In this document: piece by piece, positions 1 through 7,338 of the stretch
How positions within the stretch are numbered: position 1 is the stretch's first letter
Layout: every line of letters starts with the position of its first letter
Assembly (NCBI RefSeq): GCF_036422035.1
Contig: NZ_JAZGQK010000003.1
Span: 504,046 to 536,045, forward strand
Origin: Plantactinospora sonchi
GTDB lineage: Bacteria; Actinomycetota; Actinomycetes; Mycobacteriales; Micromonosporaceae
Length of the DNA stretch: 32,000 bases
Reading direction: 5' to 3'
Program-made: the position numbers and the translations under genes
Notes under the pieces: model-generated
Seen by the model: only the letters and a program-made list of their open reading frames with translations
Databases searched by the model: none
Told to the model about the DNA's origin: nothing

Positions 1-65
1 GCGTCGGCGAGGTAGCCGACGCTGGGCCAGTGGACCGGGGTGATGACGGAGACGAGACGGGTCAA
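1..65 (-). CDS. 5' end of an unidentified gene running off the left edge (partial)
   Basis: The minus-strand frame from TTG at 65-63 overlaps the TGA of the upstream GntR gene (TTGA). It reads MTRLVSVITPVHWPSVGYLAD with G/C at nearly every third codon position. Only 21 codons are visible, so the product cannot be assigned. Confidence 0.3.
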   Translation of the reverse strand, partial: MTRLVSVITPVHWPSVGYLAD

Positions 66-874
66 GCGTTCCACCGCTTCAGCTTGGTCGTGAAGCAGAG
101 TTCTGTCCGGTCGCCCGGGAAAACGATGTCCGCGACCTCGACCACCCGGCCGATGATGTCGTACGAGGTCTTCCGCACGTCCAACACGGCAACGCCGGCT
201 TCGATGTCGAGGAGTTCCGCCTCGTCTGGCAGCGGCGGCCGGGCGCGGACGACCTCTTCGATCCGGTCCAGCTCGACCCCCACGGTGTGAAGCTGGTGCT
301 GTGTGCCGCCGGGCCAGGGTTCGTAGTCGGCCGACAGGAGCTGTTTGTTGGCCTTCACCAGGTCATACGGCAGGTAGGAGTACGACGCCGACAACGGCGC
401 GGTTTCGTGTCGGGAACTGGTCCAGTACACCCGCCGCAGCAGCGGTGTACCGACCGGCAGTCCGAACGCCGCCGCCATCTCCTTATCCGCCTCGACCTGC
501 GAGTACTCGGCGTGGAACTTGAGATCATCAACGGTCAGGCCGGTGTCGTGCTCGGTACCGCCGGTCCGGCGCCGCTCGGCGTCGTCGAGTAGGACCCGGT
601 CCTTCTCCCACTGGTACCGCTGCGTGTTGCGTCGGCGGATCCGCTGCCTAGGCGCCCGTACGTAGGTGCCCCGGCCCTGCTCGGCCCGGACCAGGCCCCA
701 TTCGCGTAGCTGACGGATGGCGTTGCGGACGCTGGTGCGGGACATCTGCGAGGTCTCGGCCAGCTCTGTTTCGCTGGGCATCGCCGAGCCCTGGGGCAGT
801 TCCCCGCTCACGATGCGTTCGCGTAGTTCTTCCGCTAGTCGGAGGTAGCGCGGACGCCAGTCCCGGGAAGTCAC
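62..874 (-). CDS. GntR-family (HutC/UTRA-type architecture) transcriptional regulator
   Basis: GntR winged-HTH signature RYLRLAEELRERIVSGELPQGSAMPSETELAETSQMSRTSVRNAIRQLREWGLVRAEQGRGTYV, plus a C-terminal effector domain of about 170 aa. The ORF is open to 958. GTG at 874 (VTSRDWRPRY) gives a normal-length N-terminus and leaves the candidate operator at 898-909 outside the CDS. Confidence 0.85.
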   Translation of the reverse strand: MTSRDWRPRYLRLAEELRERIVSGELPQGSAMPSETELAETSQMSRTSVRNAIRQLREWGLVRAEQGRGTYVRAPRQRIRRRNTQRYQWEKDRVLLDDAERRRTGGTEHDTGLTVDDLKFHAEYSQVEADKEMAAAFGLPVGTPLLRRVYWTSSRHETAPLSASYSYLPYDLVKANKQLLSADYEPWPGGTQHQLHTVGVELDRIEEVVRARPPLPDEAELLDIEAGVAVLDVRKTSYDIIGRVVEVADIVFPGDRTELCFTTKLKRWNA

Positions 875-897
875 GCCGCTTACGCTACCGCCCAGAC

Positions 898-909
898 GTT
901 TAGACGTCT
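898..909. promoter_or_regulatory. candidate GntR/HutC operator GTTTAGACGTCT
   Basis: It lies about 24 nt upstream of the proposed GTG start of the GntR gene. It matches 11 of 12 positions with the box at 2134-2145 upstream of the paralogous GntR gene. It contains GTnTAnAC and the palindrome AGACGTCT. Confidence 0.4.
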
Positions 910-935
910 GCCGGGCGGTCGACCTAACAACCCGG

Positions 936-1298
936 TCAGCCACCCGTCCGCCCACCACTTACCTGCTCGTCGCCGTACTGGTCACGGACCGGGTCCGGCA
1001 GGCGGATCAACTCCCGGATCAGCCGTATCGTCTGCTCCGACGTGAGCATCACTCGTTCCGAGGAGCCGAACCGAGTCACCTGGATCCGCAGCACCGGTTC
1101 ATCCGCCGCGCCGCGATCCGCGATCAGGTAGACACTGATCCACCCGGTTCCCTCCCGGCCGATCGTTGTGACCCGGCTCCGGTGCGTTGAGTCGTTCGGC
1201 CGGCACCCCACACACCACGGCGGACACTCATCCGGCTGACTGACCCGCCGCGCATTGCGCTCCGCGTCCTGGCCGTGCCCTGGGTCAGGCGTCGTCAC
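936..1298 (-). CDS. hypothetical small protein with a CPPWC motif (paralog of 1285-1638)
   Basis: 120-aa ORF whose start overlaps the stop of the upstream ORF by 14 nt. It shares its layout with that neighbour: (H/C)P(L/P)WCV...C near the N-terminus, a central hydrophobic strand (WISVYLIA vs SVAVFLFA) and a C-terminal helix (IRLIRELIRL vs LARHLDELLNRA). Confidence 0.55.
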   Translation of the reverse strand: MTTPDPGHGQDAERNARRVSQPDECPPWCVGCRPNDSTHRSRVTTIGREGTGWISVYLIADRGAADEPVLRIQVTRFGSSERVMLTSEQTIRLIRELIRLPDPVRDQYGDEQVSGGRTGG

Positions 1299-1638
1299 CG
1301 TCGACCCCCTCCGGTGGTGGGGCGAACCCGGCCCGGTTCAGCAGCTCGTCGAGGTGTCGGGCCAGCCGCCACACGTCGACCAGGCGCAGCTTGGCCCCGC
1401 CCGAGCCCTGCCAACGGCCAGCCGCATGCAGGCCGACCATCGGCAGCCCGGCGTGCGGGGCGAACAGAAATACCGCGACACTGCCACCGACGCGCCGGTC
1501 CCCGAGGAGCTGCACCGGCCCTTTGTGATGACGCAACGCGTGTGCCATCTGCGGAGGGACCACGAACTCACACCGCTGCGGCACGCACCACAACGGATGC
1601 GCCACCTCCGACGGCCGCCGTCGACGTTCGCCCGTCAC
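1285..1638 (-). CDS. hypothetical small protein with an HPLWCVPQRC motif (paralog of 936-1298)
   Basis: 117-aa ORF with a GTG start. It is the first gene of a minus-strand string that continues into the 936-1298 ORF and the GntR gene. Assignment rests only on the ORF and its paralogy. Confidence 0.5.
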   Translation of the reverse strand: MTGERRRRPSEVAHPLWCVPQRCEFVVPPQMAHALRHHKGPVQLLGDRRVGGSVAVFLFAPHAGLPMVGLHAAGRWQGSGGAKLRLVDVWRLARHLDELLNRAGFAPPPEGVDGDDA

Positions 1639-2133
1639 TTCGGCCCCCGCCCACCACGGCCCCGGAACGCCTGAGCCCGGGTCAGCAACGGGCCGTCACG
1701 CCATACCGGAACCTCACGCGTCGCCGCCGTCGCCCAGGACGGCAGCACCGCCGGACCTACATGGGCACGCGCTCGAACCGCCGGCGCAGGCGTTCGGGTA
1801 CGCCGCCGACGGCCGGGCCACCGGAAGACGAGTCTGACGAGTATGCGGGCACGGACCATCACAACCTCCTCGCAGAGCGATGGAGGGCCGGTGACCGGCC
1901 GCGCCGGAGGAAAAGGCCGGCCACCGGCCCGAGGAAGGGCACGACGCACCGCCCGATCAAGCGGTGTCGGGTATCGCCGTACCCCGGCTCAGGCACACGG
2001 GGGACACGTCCAAGCCACTGCCCGACGCGTCAGAACTCTCGGTACGTGCGGCTGGGCAGGCGGGATGCCAACCCCTTGTCACGACCCGTTTACCCAGCCG
2101 CACAAGCAGAACGTACCTACGACTAGGCAACTT

Positions 2134-2145
2134 GTCTAGACGTCT
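2134..2145. promoter_or_regulatory. candidate GntR/HutC operator GTCTAGACGTCT
   Basis: It lies 14 nt upstream of the ATG at 2159. It contains the perfect palindrome GTCTAGAC (GT-n-TA-n-AC form) overlapping AGACGTCT. It matches 11 of 12 positions with 898-909. Confidence 0.4.
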
Positions 2146-2158
2146 ATGACGAGCATGG

Positions 2159-2977
2159 ATGGCAGACGAGAACACGGCAGACAGGTACCGTGAGCCCGTG
2201 CCAGCCCCGCACAGACAACCCCGATACCGCGCCATCGCCGACGAACTCCGACGCCGCATCACCGCAGGCGCGATCCCACCCGGCGCCCTGATCCCCTCAG
2301 AGAGCTCCCTAACCACAGAGTTCCGCGTCGCCCGAGGAACCATCCGCGAAGCCATCAACGTGCTCCGCGCCGAAGGCCTGGTCATGACCGAACACGGCCG
2401 AGGCACCTACGCCCGCCCCAACCTCCCCGTACGCCGACTCGGCCCCGAGCGCTATCTGAGCCGACGCGAGCAGGACGGAGACGAGGCCACCGGAGCGCGA
2501 AGCGTTGGGAAACCAGCGGTTGAGCAGGTCAACGCCGAGTATCACGAGGTAGCAGCCACGCCCGAACTCGCCGCAATGTTCGAGGTCGAGCCCGGCACCA
2601 TCCTGCTCGAACGCCGTCTACTGGCCAGCGCCTACGGCGTGCCACAACAACTGACTACCGCGTACTACCTGCTCGACATGGTCGCCGGGACACCCGCAGC
2701 CGATCCCAACCGCGAACCATGGCCAGGCGGACACGTCGCGCAACTCCAGTCGCTCGGCATCCTTGTAACCAAGGTCCGAGAAGTTGTACGGGCGCGCATG
2801 CCCACGCCCGAAGAGGTCAAGACGCTCCGGCTGCCACTAGGCGTGCCTGTTCTCGACGTGAATCGCCGAACATTCACCCGAACGCAAATAGTCGAAGTCG
2901 CCAGCCGCATAGTGCTACCCGCAGACCGCGCCGAGTTGCAGTACGATATCCCGGCCTCGCACGTCGACCCGACGTGA
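2159..2977 (+). CDS. GntR-family (HutC/UTRA-type architecture) transcriptional regulator, paralog of 62-874
   Basis: HTH signature RYRAIADELRRRITAGAIPPGALIPSESSLTTEFRVARGTIREAINVLRAEGLVMTEHGRGTYA. The C-terminal domain shares EPWPGG, VVRAR-P-P-E and VLDV-R blocks with the other GntR. Confidence 0.85.
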   Translation: MADENTADRYREPVPAPHRQPRYRAIADELRRRITAGAIPPGALIPSESSLTTEFRVARGTIREAINVLRAEGLVMTEHGRGTYARPNLPVRRLGPERYLSRREQDGDEATGARSVGKPAVEQVNAEYHEVAATPELAAMFEVEPGTILLERRLLASAYGVPQQLTTAYYLLDMVAGTPAADPNREPWPGGHVAQLQSLGILVTKVREVVRARMPTPEEVKTLRLPLGVPVLDVNRRTFTRTQIVEVASRIVLPADRAELQYDIPASHVDPT

Positions 2978-3384
2978 GTGTCTTCTGTAACGGTTGCAGC
3001 CCCGCCGACGGCGCGACATACGAAGAAGCCCCGGGCTGCCATGAGTGATGGTAGACGCCGGGCTTCGATGCTGATGGCGACGAACGGGGTGTGCCTCCGG
3101 CGGGGTGCTCAGGCACTCCAGGATGGTTGTCGCCATCCCGACAACCTCCGTCCGCGCAGAGCCGACCAAGTGGGAGCCAACCCAGTCAAGGCCGTTCAGG
3201 CAGTGGGGGGTCCACCTTGCCCGGGTAGGCCACCACCCATTCCACGGTGTGCGGACGAAGGCCGACAGGATGGCTAGGGGGCGAGCGGCCGACGGTCTTG
3301 CGGGTAGGTGGGCTGCTTAGCGGCGAATCGCCCTATGTGGTTAGCGAACCTGGTCCACTGGTCCCGGCAGCTTGAGTACGTACG

Positions 3385-4257
3385 ATGTGGAGCATGAGCG
3401 AGCAGCCGAGACCGATCGCGACCAATGCCGTAGCGAAGATGTCGTCAGCTCGTTTGAGCTTGGCGGACCTCGAACTCGTTGCGAAGTCCATCAGGGAGTT
3501 GCGACGAGTAGAAATATCCTGGTCCAGTCGTGAAATGTACACGGTGACGGCTTCGAATTTTTCCGCGCAAAGCCCTTCGATTAAGGTCGTCCGCACCTTC
3601 GAGGTGAACTCGGTTGCGGGTTTTGCGGCACAGGCGCCACGAGGAAAGATCTACATCATGGAGGCTCGCTTCGAATCGCCGGACGGCACGGCGTTCCTGA
3701 CATTGGGTAAGGATCGCGACCTTAGTCGCGACCTGCTGCTAAGGTTCGAGGGTGTCGAAGGAGCCGTGCCCTCTTGGTTCGACGTAATTGTCAGAGAGAT
3801 TGTCTCCGCGAAGATGCTAAACGCCGCCCAGCGCGAGTTCTACCTGCTGTGCCTGACCTGGGCGCCTGTACTCTTGCCTCCTATCGCGGTGCCATGGGCG
3901 GTCGCAACCGGGCGTCTTCCAGGCCCGGAGGCATCGACGCTTCTCGCACTGTTAATGGGCGCTGTCTGGATCGCGTACGTGGCTTTCGCTTCGACGATTA
4001 CGGGGTTCATCCGCGCCAGCAGTTTGCGAGTTAGGCCACTTTTCGCTGCTGTCTCACGGCGACGGCCGGTTACCGTCCCCTCGCCTTCCCAACTTGTCCC
4101 GTCTCGCCTGAAAGATTTTAGAGCGGAAGTGATGGTTGCGTTCAAAAGCGGTTGGCTGGCATTCAGGCAGAGTGATCATCAATTCAATGCCGTCTTGATT
4201 GCTTTGATGGCATTGGTCGTTTCGTTGGCGACCTTGATCGTTGAAATTTCTAAGTAG
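3385..4257 (+). CDS. hypothetical membrane protein (soluble N-terminal half, about 3 C-terminal TM helices)
   Basis: 290-aa ORF in the lower-G+C block. Hydrophobic stretches are FYLLCLTWAPVLLPPIAVPWAVA, LLALLMGAVWIAYVAFASTITGFI and FNAVLIALMALVVSLATLIVEI. I recognise no family motif. Confidence 0.55.
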   Translation: MWSMSEQPRPIATNAVAKMSSARLSLADLELVAKSIRELRRVEISWSSREMYTVTASNFSAQSPSIKVVRTFEVNSVAGFAAQAPRGKIYIMEARFESPDGTAFLTLGKDRDLSRDLLLRFEGVEGAVPSWFDVIVREIVSAKMLNAAQREFYLLCLTWAPVLLPPIAVPWAVATGRLPGPEASTLLALLMGAVWIAYVAFASTITGFIRASSLRVRPLFAAVSRRRPVTVPSPSQLVPSRLKDFRAEVMVAFKSGWLAFRQSDHQFNAVLIALMALVVSLATLIVEISK

Positions 4258-4366
4258 GCCGACTGGAAACGGGTAAGTTCCGCCGGTACGGGTGCGAGGA
4301 ACTTTGCCGAACAACTCTGTATTGGATCAAGGCGCCACGCGCAGCGTTGCGCGGGGGCGGTGAACC

Positions 4367-4431
4367 GTCCGGCGGCAAGCCGCCCCGACCGCTTCGCGGC
4401 CGGGGCGGAAGGCCACCGACTGCCGCCGGAC
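4367..4431. terminator. nested inverted repeat between convergent genes (possible bidirectional terminator or structured RNA)
   Basis: The outer stem is a perfect 11 bp: GTCCGGCGGCA (4367-4377) pairs with TGCCGCCGGAC (4421-4431). The inner stem is 8 bp: CCGCCCCG (4380-4387) pairs with CGGGGCGG (4401-4408). There is no T-tract. Confidence 0.35.
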
Positions 4432-4741
4432 AACCGCCCCCGTGCCGCGTTTGATCAGCCTACGGTTTAACTAAACTCATGCACACCTCGACCAACAGCC
4501 AGAGTCAATCGCGGCGTTACGGAAGCCGTTCGGGGCTGACCGCCGTCGCGCTCGGGGGCTTCCGGCTGCCGCGCCAGTCCACACCCCGGACTGGCTTGCC
4601 ACCGGCCGCCGGGGTTATCCTCGCCCCAGCTCGTCCAGGCGTACCCGAGGGCCGCGTCGCATATCTGCTTGCCCATCCTGAGGGCCGGGAGTCTTTCAGG
4701 CATCGTTAGGGGCATGGCCAAGGCTCGCTCGTTGACCCGGG

Positions 4742-5482
4742 TTACCTTAAGGAGTCAATTTCCTCGATGCCGCGACACTGATTGAGGCAGCGGTCACAAT
4801 TGACTGCGTCACCTATTTGGAACGACGCGCCCAGCACTTCTTTCAGGTTGCTTGTGTCCACGGGAATCGATGTAATTCGAGCATCGGGATTTGCGGGTTT
4901 CCTTACGACGGAAACCTCATGTAGATCAGCCTTTATGATGATTCTAATCGGCGCGACTTTGTATGTCTTTTGCGGACTATGCTCGTCACATTCTGAGCCG
5001 CCACAGACGGGACAGTAGCCCGAGCTTCCAACCCCGCCTTGCACCTCGTATAGCAGGTTGGATCGATGATCACATTCGCTAATGTCGTCGCCGCAGATCG
5101 AGCAGACAGTCTGCCGTGCCGTAAACCCGATCGACATTCCGACCCGTTTGTGGGCGATGGCCACCGGGCAGCGCTGATAGTAAACGCCATCTTCGAAGGC
5201 TAGCCGACAACCGAAGGTTTCCCTAACCCATCGGCCGTATTGGTCGAGTTCCTCATGGGCCAGTTCCTCGAAAGTAGTATCCTCCGAGTTCCAAAAAGCG
5301 CTAGCAGCGGTGCTCAGGAGTTGGCGAGCGATCTGCTCGGCCTCTCTGTCGCCAATGTTATTGAGGAGAAAGCTCTTGCCGAAGAGTTGCTTCGCTCGAC
5401 GCCGGATGGTAGTTATGCGCTCTGCTCGATCTTGCTCGTGCCACTCTTCCAGAGCACGGGAGTCGTTATTCTCCAAGGTCAT
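4742..5482 (-). CDS. hypothetical Cys/His-rich protein (putative zinc-ribbon clusters)
   Basis: 246-aa ORF in the lower-G+C block. It carries CSICGDDISECDH and CPVCGGSECDEH pairs plus CDRCLNQC. The segment HEVSVVRKPANPDA vaguely recalls the E-x-S-L-V-x-x-P-A-N strand of phage prohead-protease/XkdF-like proteins, but this is not sufficient for a call. Confidence 0.55.
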   Translation of the reverse strand: MTLENNDSRALEEWHEQDRAERITTIRRRAKQLFGKSFLLNNIGDREAEQIARQLLSTAASAFWNSEDTTFEELAHEELDQYGRWVRETFGCRLAFEDGVYYQRCPVAIAHKRVGMSIGFTARQTVCSICGDDISECDHRSNLLYEVQGGVGSSGYCPVCGGSECDEHSPQKTYKVAPIRIIIKADLHEVSVVRKPANPDARITSIPVDTSNLKEVLGASFQIGDAVNCDRCLNQCRGIEEIDSLR

Positions 5483-5942
5483 GGTTGTCGTCCGAGTTAG
5501 TGGTCTGCTGTCGCCACGGGTTGAGCTGTTCCAAGGCGGAGGAAATCTCTGAGCCGGGGCCTTCGATCTCGAACTGGGAATCCTGGCTGCCGTCTGGATG
5601 TACTCGAGCCAGGATCTTGATCTTGAAGGTCGTCTTCTCCTTCTTGCTGAAGACTGCCTTGAGAACGCCCCAGGCGGCTGAACTCGCTACACCTACGATC
5701 AATGGAATCACGATCAGTTCGACGACTGCTGAACGCTCGCCATACCAACCGCGTGCCTCTCTGTTAAGCGACCAGGAGGCATCTACCCCTTGAGCCCTCA
5801 GCTCTTTAAGTAATTCAATCGACTGCTCCGCGTAGATCCCAACAGTGCCGTCCATGCGGATCGGAAAAAAGACAAGTTCAGAACGAAAGGCGTCATGATT
5901 GGGGTAAGGCAACTTCTCGTCCATCGTCAGCGGGTGCTCCAT
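5466..5942 (-). CDS. hypothetical single-pass membrane protein
   Basis: ATG at 5942 (MEHPLTMDEK). The longer ORF up to 6092 begins with an Arg/Pro-rich stretch that does not look coding. Central TM helix VVELIVIPLIVGVASSAAWGVLKAVF. It overlaps the downstream Cys-rich gene by 17 nt. Confidence 0.5.
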   Translation of the reverse strand: MEHPLTMDEKLPYPNHDAFRSELVFFPIRMDGTVGIYAEQSIELLKELRAQGVDASWSLNREARGWYGERSAVVELIVIPLIVGVASSAAWGVLKAVFSKKEKTTFKIKILARVHPDGSQDSQFEIEGPGSEISSALEQLNPWRQQTTNSDDNHDLGE

Positions 5943-6177
5943 GGCCCCAATCTTATCGGCGTACGCTAGTCGGACATTTACGAGCGTACGTCCGCGAAAC
6001 GGGCGTCTTCTGTTCGTAAATGGTGATCTTCTAGGAGGACCCTCTCGCTGCCGTGAACGAGCGCAGGGGTACTGACCCCCGCGCGACCCCAACGACGCGC
6101 AAGAAGCGCAAGATCAGCACGCCAACTCGACCGGCGTACGCCAGGCCAGGGCGTACGACCGCGACCGAGAGGGAGCC

Positions 6178-6222
6178 CTCTTAATCCGCGGGTTCGGGGT
6201 TCGAGTCCCTGGCGGCGCACCA
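6178..6222 (+). pseudogene. 3' half of tRNA-Lys(CUU): anticodon loop to CCA, with no 5' half (att-like remnant)
   Basis: Reading CTCTTAA TCCGC GGGTT CGGGG TTCGAGT CCCTG GCGGCGC A CCA gives: an anticodon loop with CUU, the 3' anticodon stem, a variable loop, a T-arm (CGGGG/CCCTG, with a TTCGAGT loop), the 3' acceptor strand, the discriminator base and CCA. Upstream sequence cannot pair with the acceptor strand (GCGCCGC is absent) or with the anticodon stem. Confidence 0.65.
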
Positions 6223-6321
6223 CTGAGATAGGCCCTGACCTGGGGTTCACCCTGGGTCAGGGCCTTTTCATATTCACGTTTCGGTTCTGGGTGCTCGACG
6301 GGTGCTCGGGAGCCGTTGGAC
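6211..6321 (+). repeat. repeat copy 1: tRNA tail + terminator hairpin + 33-nt GGGTGCTCG..CGTTGGAC motif
   Basis: GGCGGCGCACCACTGAGATAGGCCCTGACCTGGGGTT (6211-6247) recurs identically at 7162-7198. The motif gggtgctcgacgggtgctcgggagccgttggac (6289-6321) matches copy 2 at 29/33 positions and copy 3 at 29/33. Confidence 0.8.
6231..6270 (+). terminator. rho-independent terminator of the (truncated) tRNA
   Basis: GGCCCTGACC (6231-6240) pairs with GGTCAGGGCC (6255-6264), followed by TTTTC. Confidence 0.6.
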
Positions 6322-6591
6322 CGCAAGGCGCCGGGCACGGACAGGTGCGGTGCCGGTGGACGCCGTCGCCTCCGGATGCGCCGGCTCCCGTCCTGGGCGG
6401 AGCCTGTCTGATCTTGATGTCGCTGTACCGGCTCAAGGTCGTGCTGGCTGGGACATCGGCTTGCCCGGGCGGGCGTTGCGGTTGGCGCCGTGCTGCTGTC
6501 GCTGGCGAGGCCGAGTATGAGGGGCGTTCGATTGCCGTTCTCGCGCGGGGACGTTTGTTGCCCGGCAATCCTCCGTGCAGGATGTTTGGCC

Positions 6592-7092
6592 ATGAGCATG
6601 ATCACCAACTACCTGCGGTTGCGTCCACACGAGCTTGCCGAGCTTCGCCGCCTCCTCGATGGGGACCCGGATGACGCAGCCGAGTACGCGGCTGACCTGC
6701 GCATGGGTGATCTTGATGAGGAGGTGTCGTCGCGAGGGATGGACACCGACAAGGCATGGGCCGGCTTGCAGTATCTGTTGGCGAAGTTGAGCCCGCCGGT
6801 GGACGTCATCAGTGGAGGCGAGCCGATGACCGATGACAGGTGGGGCTACGACTCACCTCGTCTGCTTTCCACGGACGCTGTGGCTGATGCGGCCCTGTTC
6901 CTTGAAGCCACTTCTTTTGCGTCGCTCGCCGAGCACTACGATCCGACCGAGATGATTTCCGCCAAGGTCTATCCGGTCATCTGGGATCAGGACTGGGCGC
7001 TGTCGTATCTGGAGGACTACTACAGCGGGCTCGTGGCACTGTTCCGCGTAGCCGCAGCCGATCGGGAGCCGATCCTGGTCTGGATGGGCTGA
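6592..7092 (+). CDS. DUF1877 (YfbM-like) family protein
   Basis: From ATG at 6592 it reads MSMITNYLRLRPHELAELRRLLDGDPDDAAEY...DKAWAGLQYLL...VYPVIWDQDW. This matches my memory of the DUF1877 N-terminal MxxIxNYLRLxPxEL pattern. The gene is bracketed by repeat copies 1 and 2. Confidence 0.65.
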   Translation: MSMITNYLRLRPHELAELRRLLDGDPDDAAEYAADLRMGDLDEEVSSRGMDTDKAWAGLQYLLAKLSPPVDVISGGEPMTDDRWGYDSPRLLSTDAVADAALFLEATSFASLAEHYDPTEMISAKVYPVIWDQDWALSYLEDYYSGLVALFRVAAADREPILVWMG

Positions 7093-7161
7093 TGCCGCGG
7101 TCACCATCGCAGGTCGCACGAGTTGGGAAACTGCCCGCGTGGCTGGCCGTGAACCACCGCA

Positions 7162-7264
7162 GGCGGCGCACCACTGAGATAGGCCCTGACCTGGGGTTCC
7201 CCCTGAGTCCGGGCCTTCTTCGTTGTTCCCGGGGTGCTCGGCGCGTGCTCGGAAGTCGTTGGAC
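7162..7264 (+). repeat. repeat copy 2: last 11 nt of the tRNA + degenerate hairpin + 33-nt motif
   Basis: 7162-7198 is identical to 6211-6247, and the 3' arm of the hairpin has decayed. The motif gggtgctcggcgcgtgctcggaagtcgttggac lies at 7232-7264. Confidence 0.8.
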
Positions 7265-7338
7265 GGATACCGCGTCCGTGGGATTGTCCGCTGAGGTTGT
7301 GGACAGGCTCGGCGAGTGGCTGTCTGCATCCCTGGCGG

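Noticed and set aside
12-24. A 13-nt match, gtagccgacgctg, at 12-24 and at 18225-18237 (right at the integrase stop), considered as possible att repeats of an 18-kb element
   Set aside because: Several chance 13-mer matches are expected in 32 kb of G+C-biased sequence. The flanks do not extend the match cleanly, and the left copy lies inside a coding frame. A repeat search would be needed.
4467-4721. 84-aa ORF in the convergent intergenic region of the low-G+C block
   Set aside because: No motif, no ribosome-binding site, and overlap with an equally long ORF on the other strand. It may be a gene fragment, but that cannot be supported.
6132-6222. A complete tRNA gene ending at 6222
   Set aside because: Only the anticodon loop, 3' anticodon stem, T-arm and 3' acceptor strand are present. 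Nothing 70-90 nt upstream can pair with GCGGCGC or with TCCGC, so I report a 3' half fragment only.
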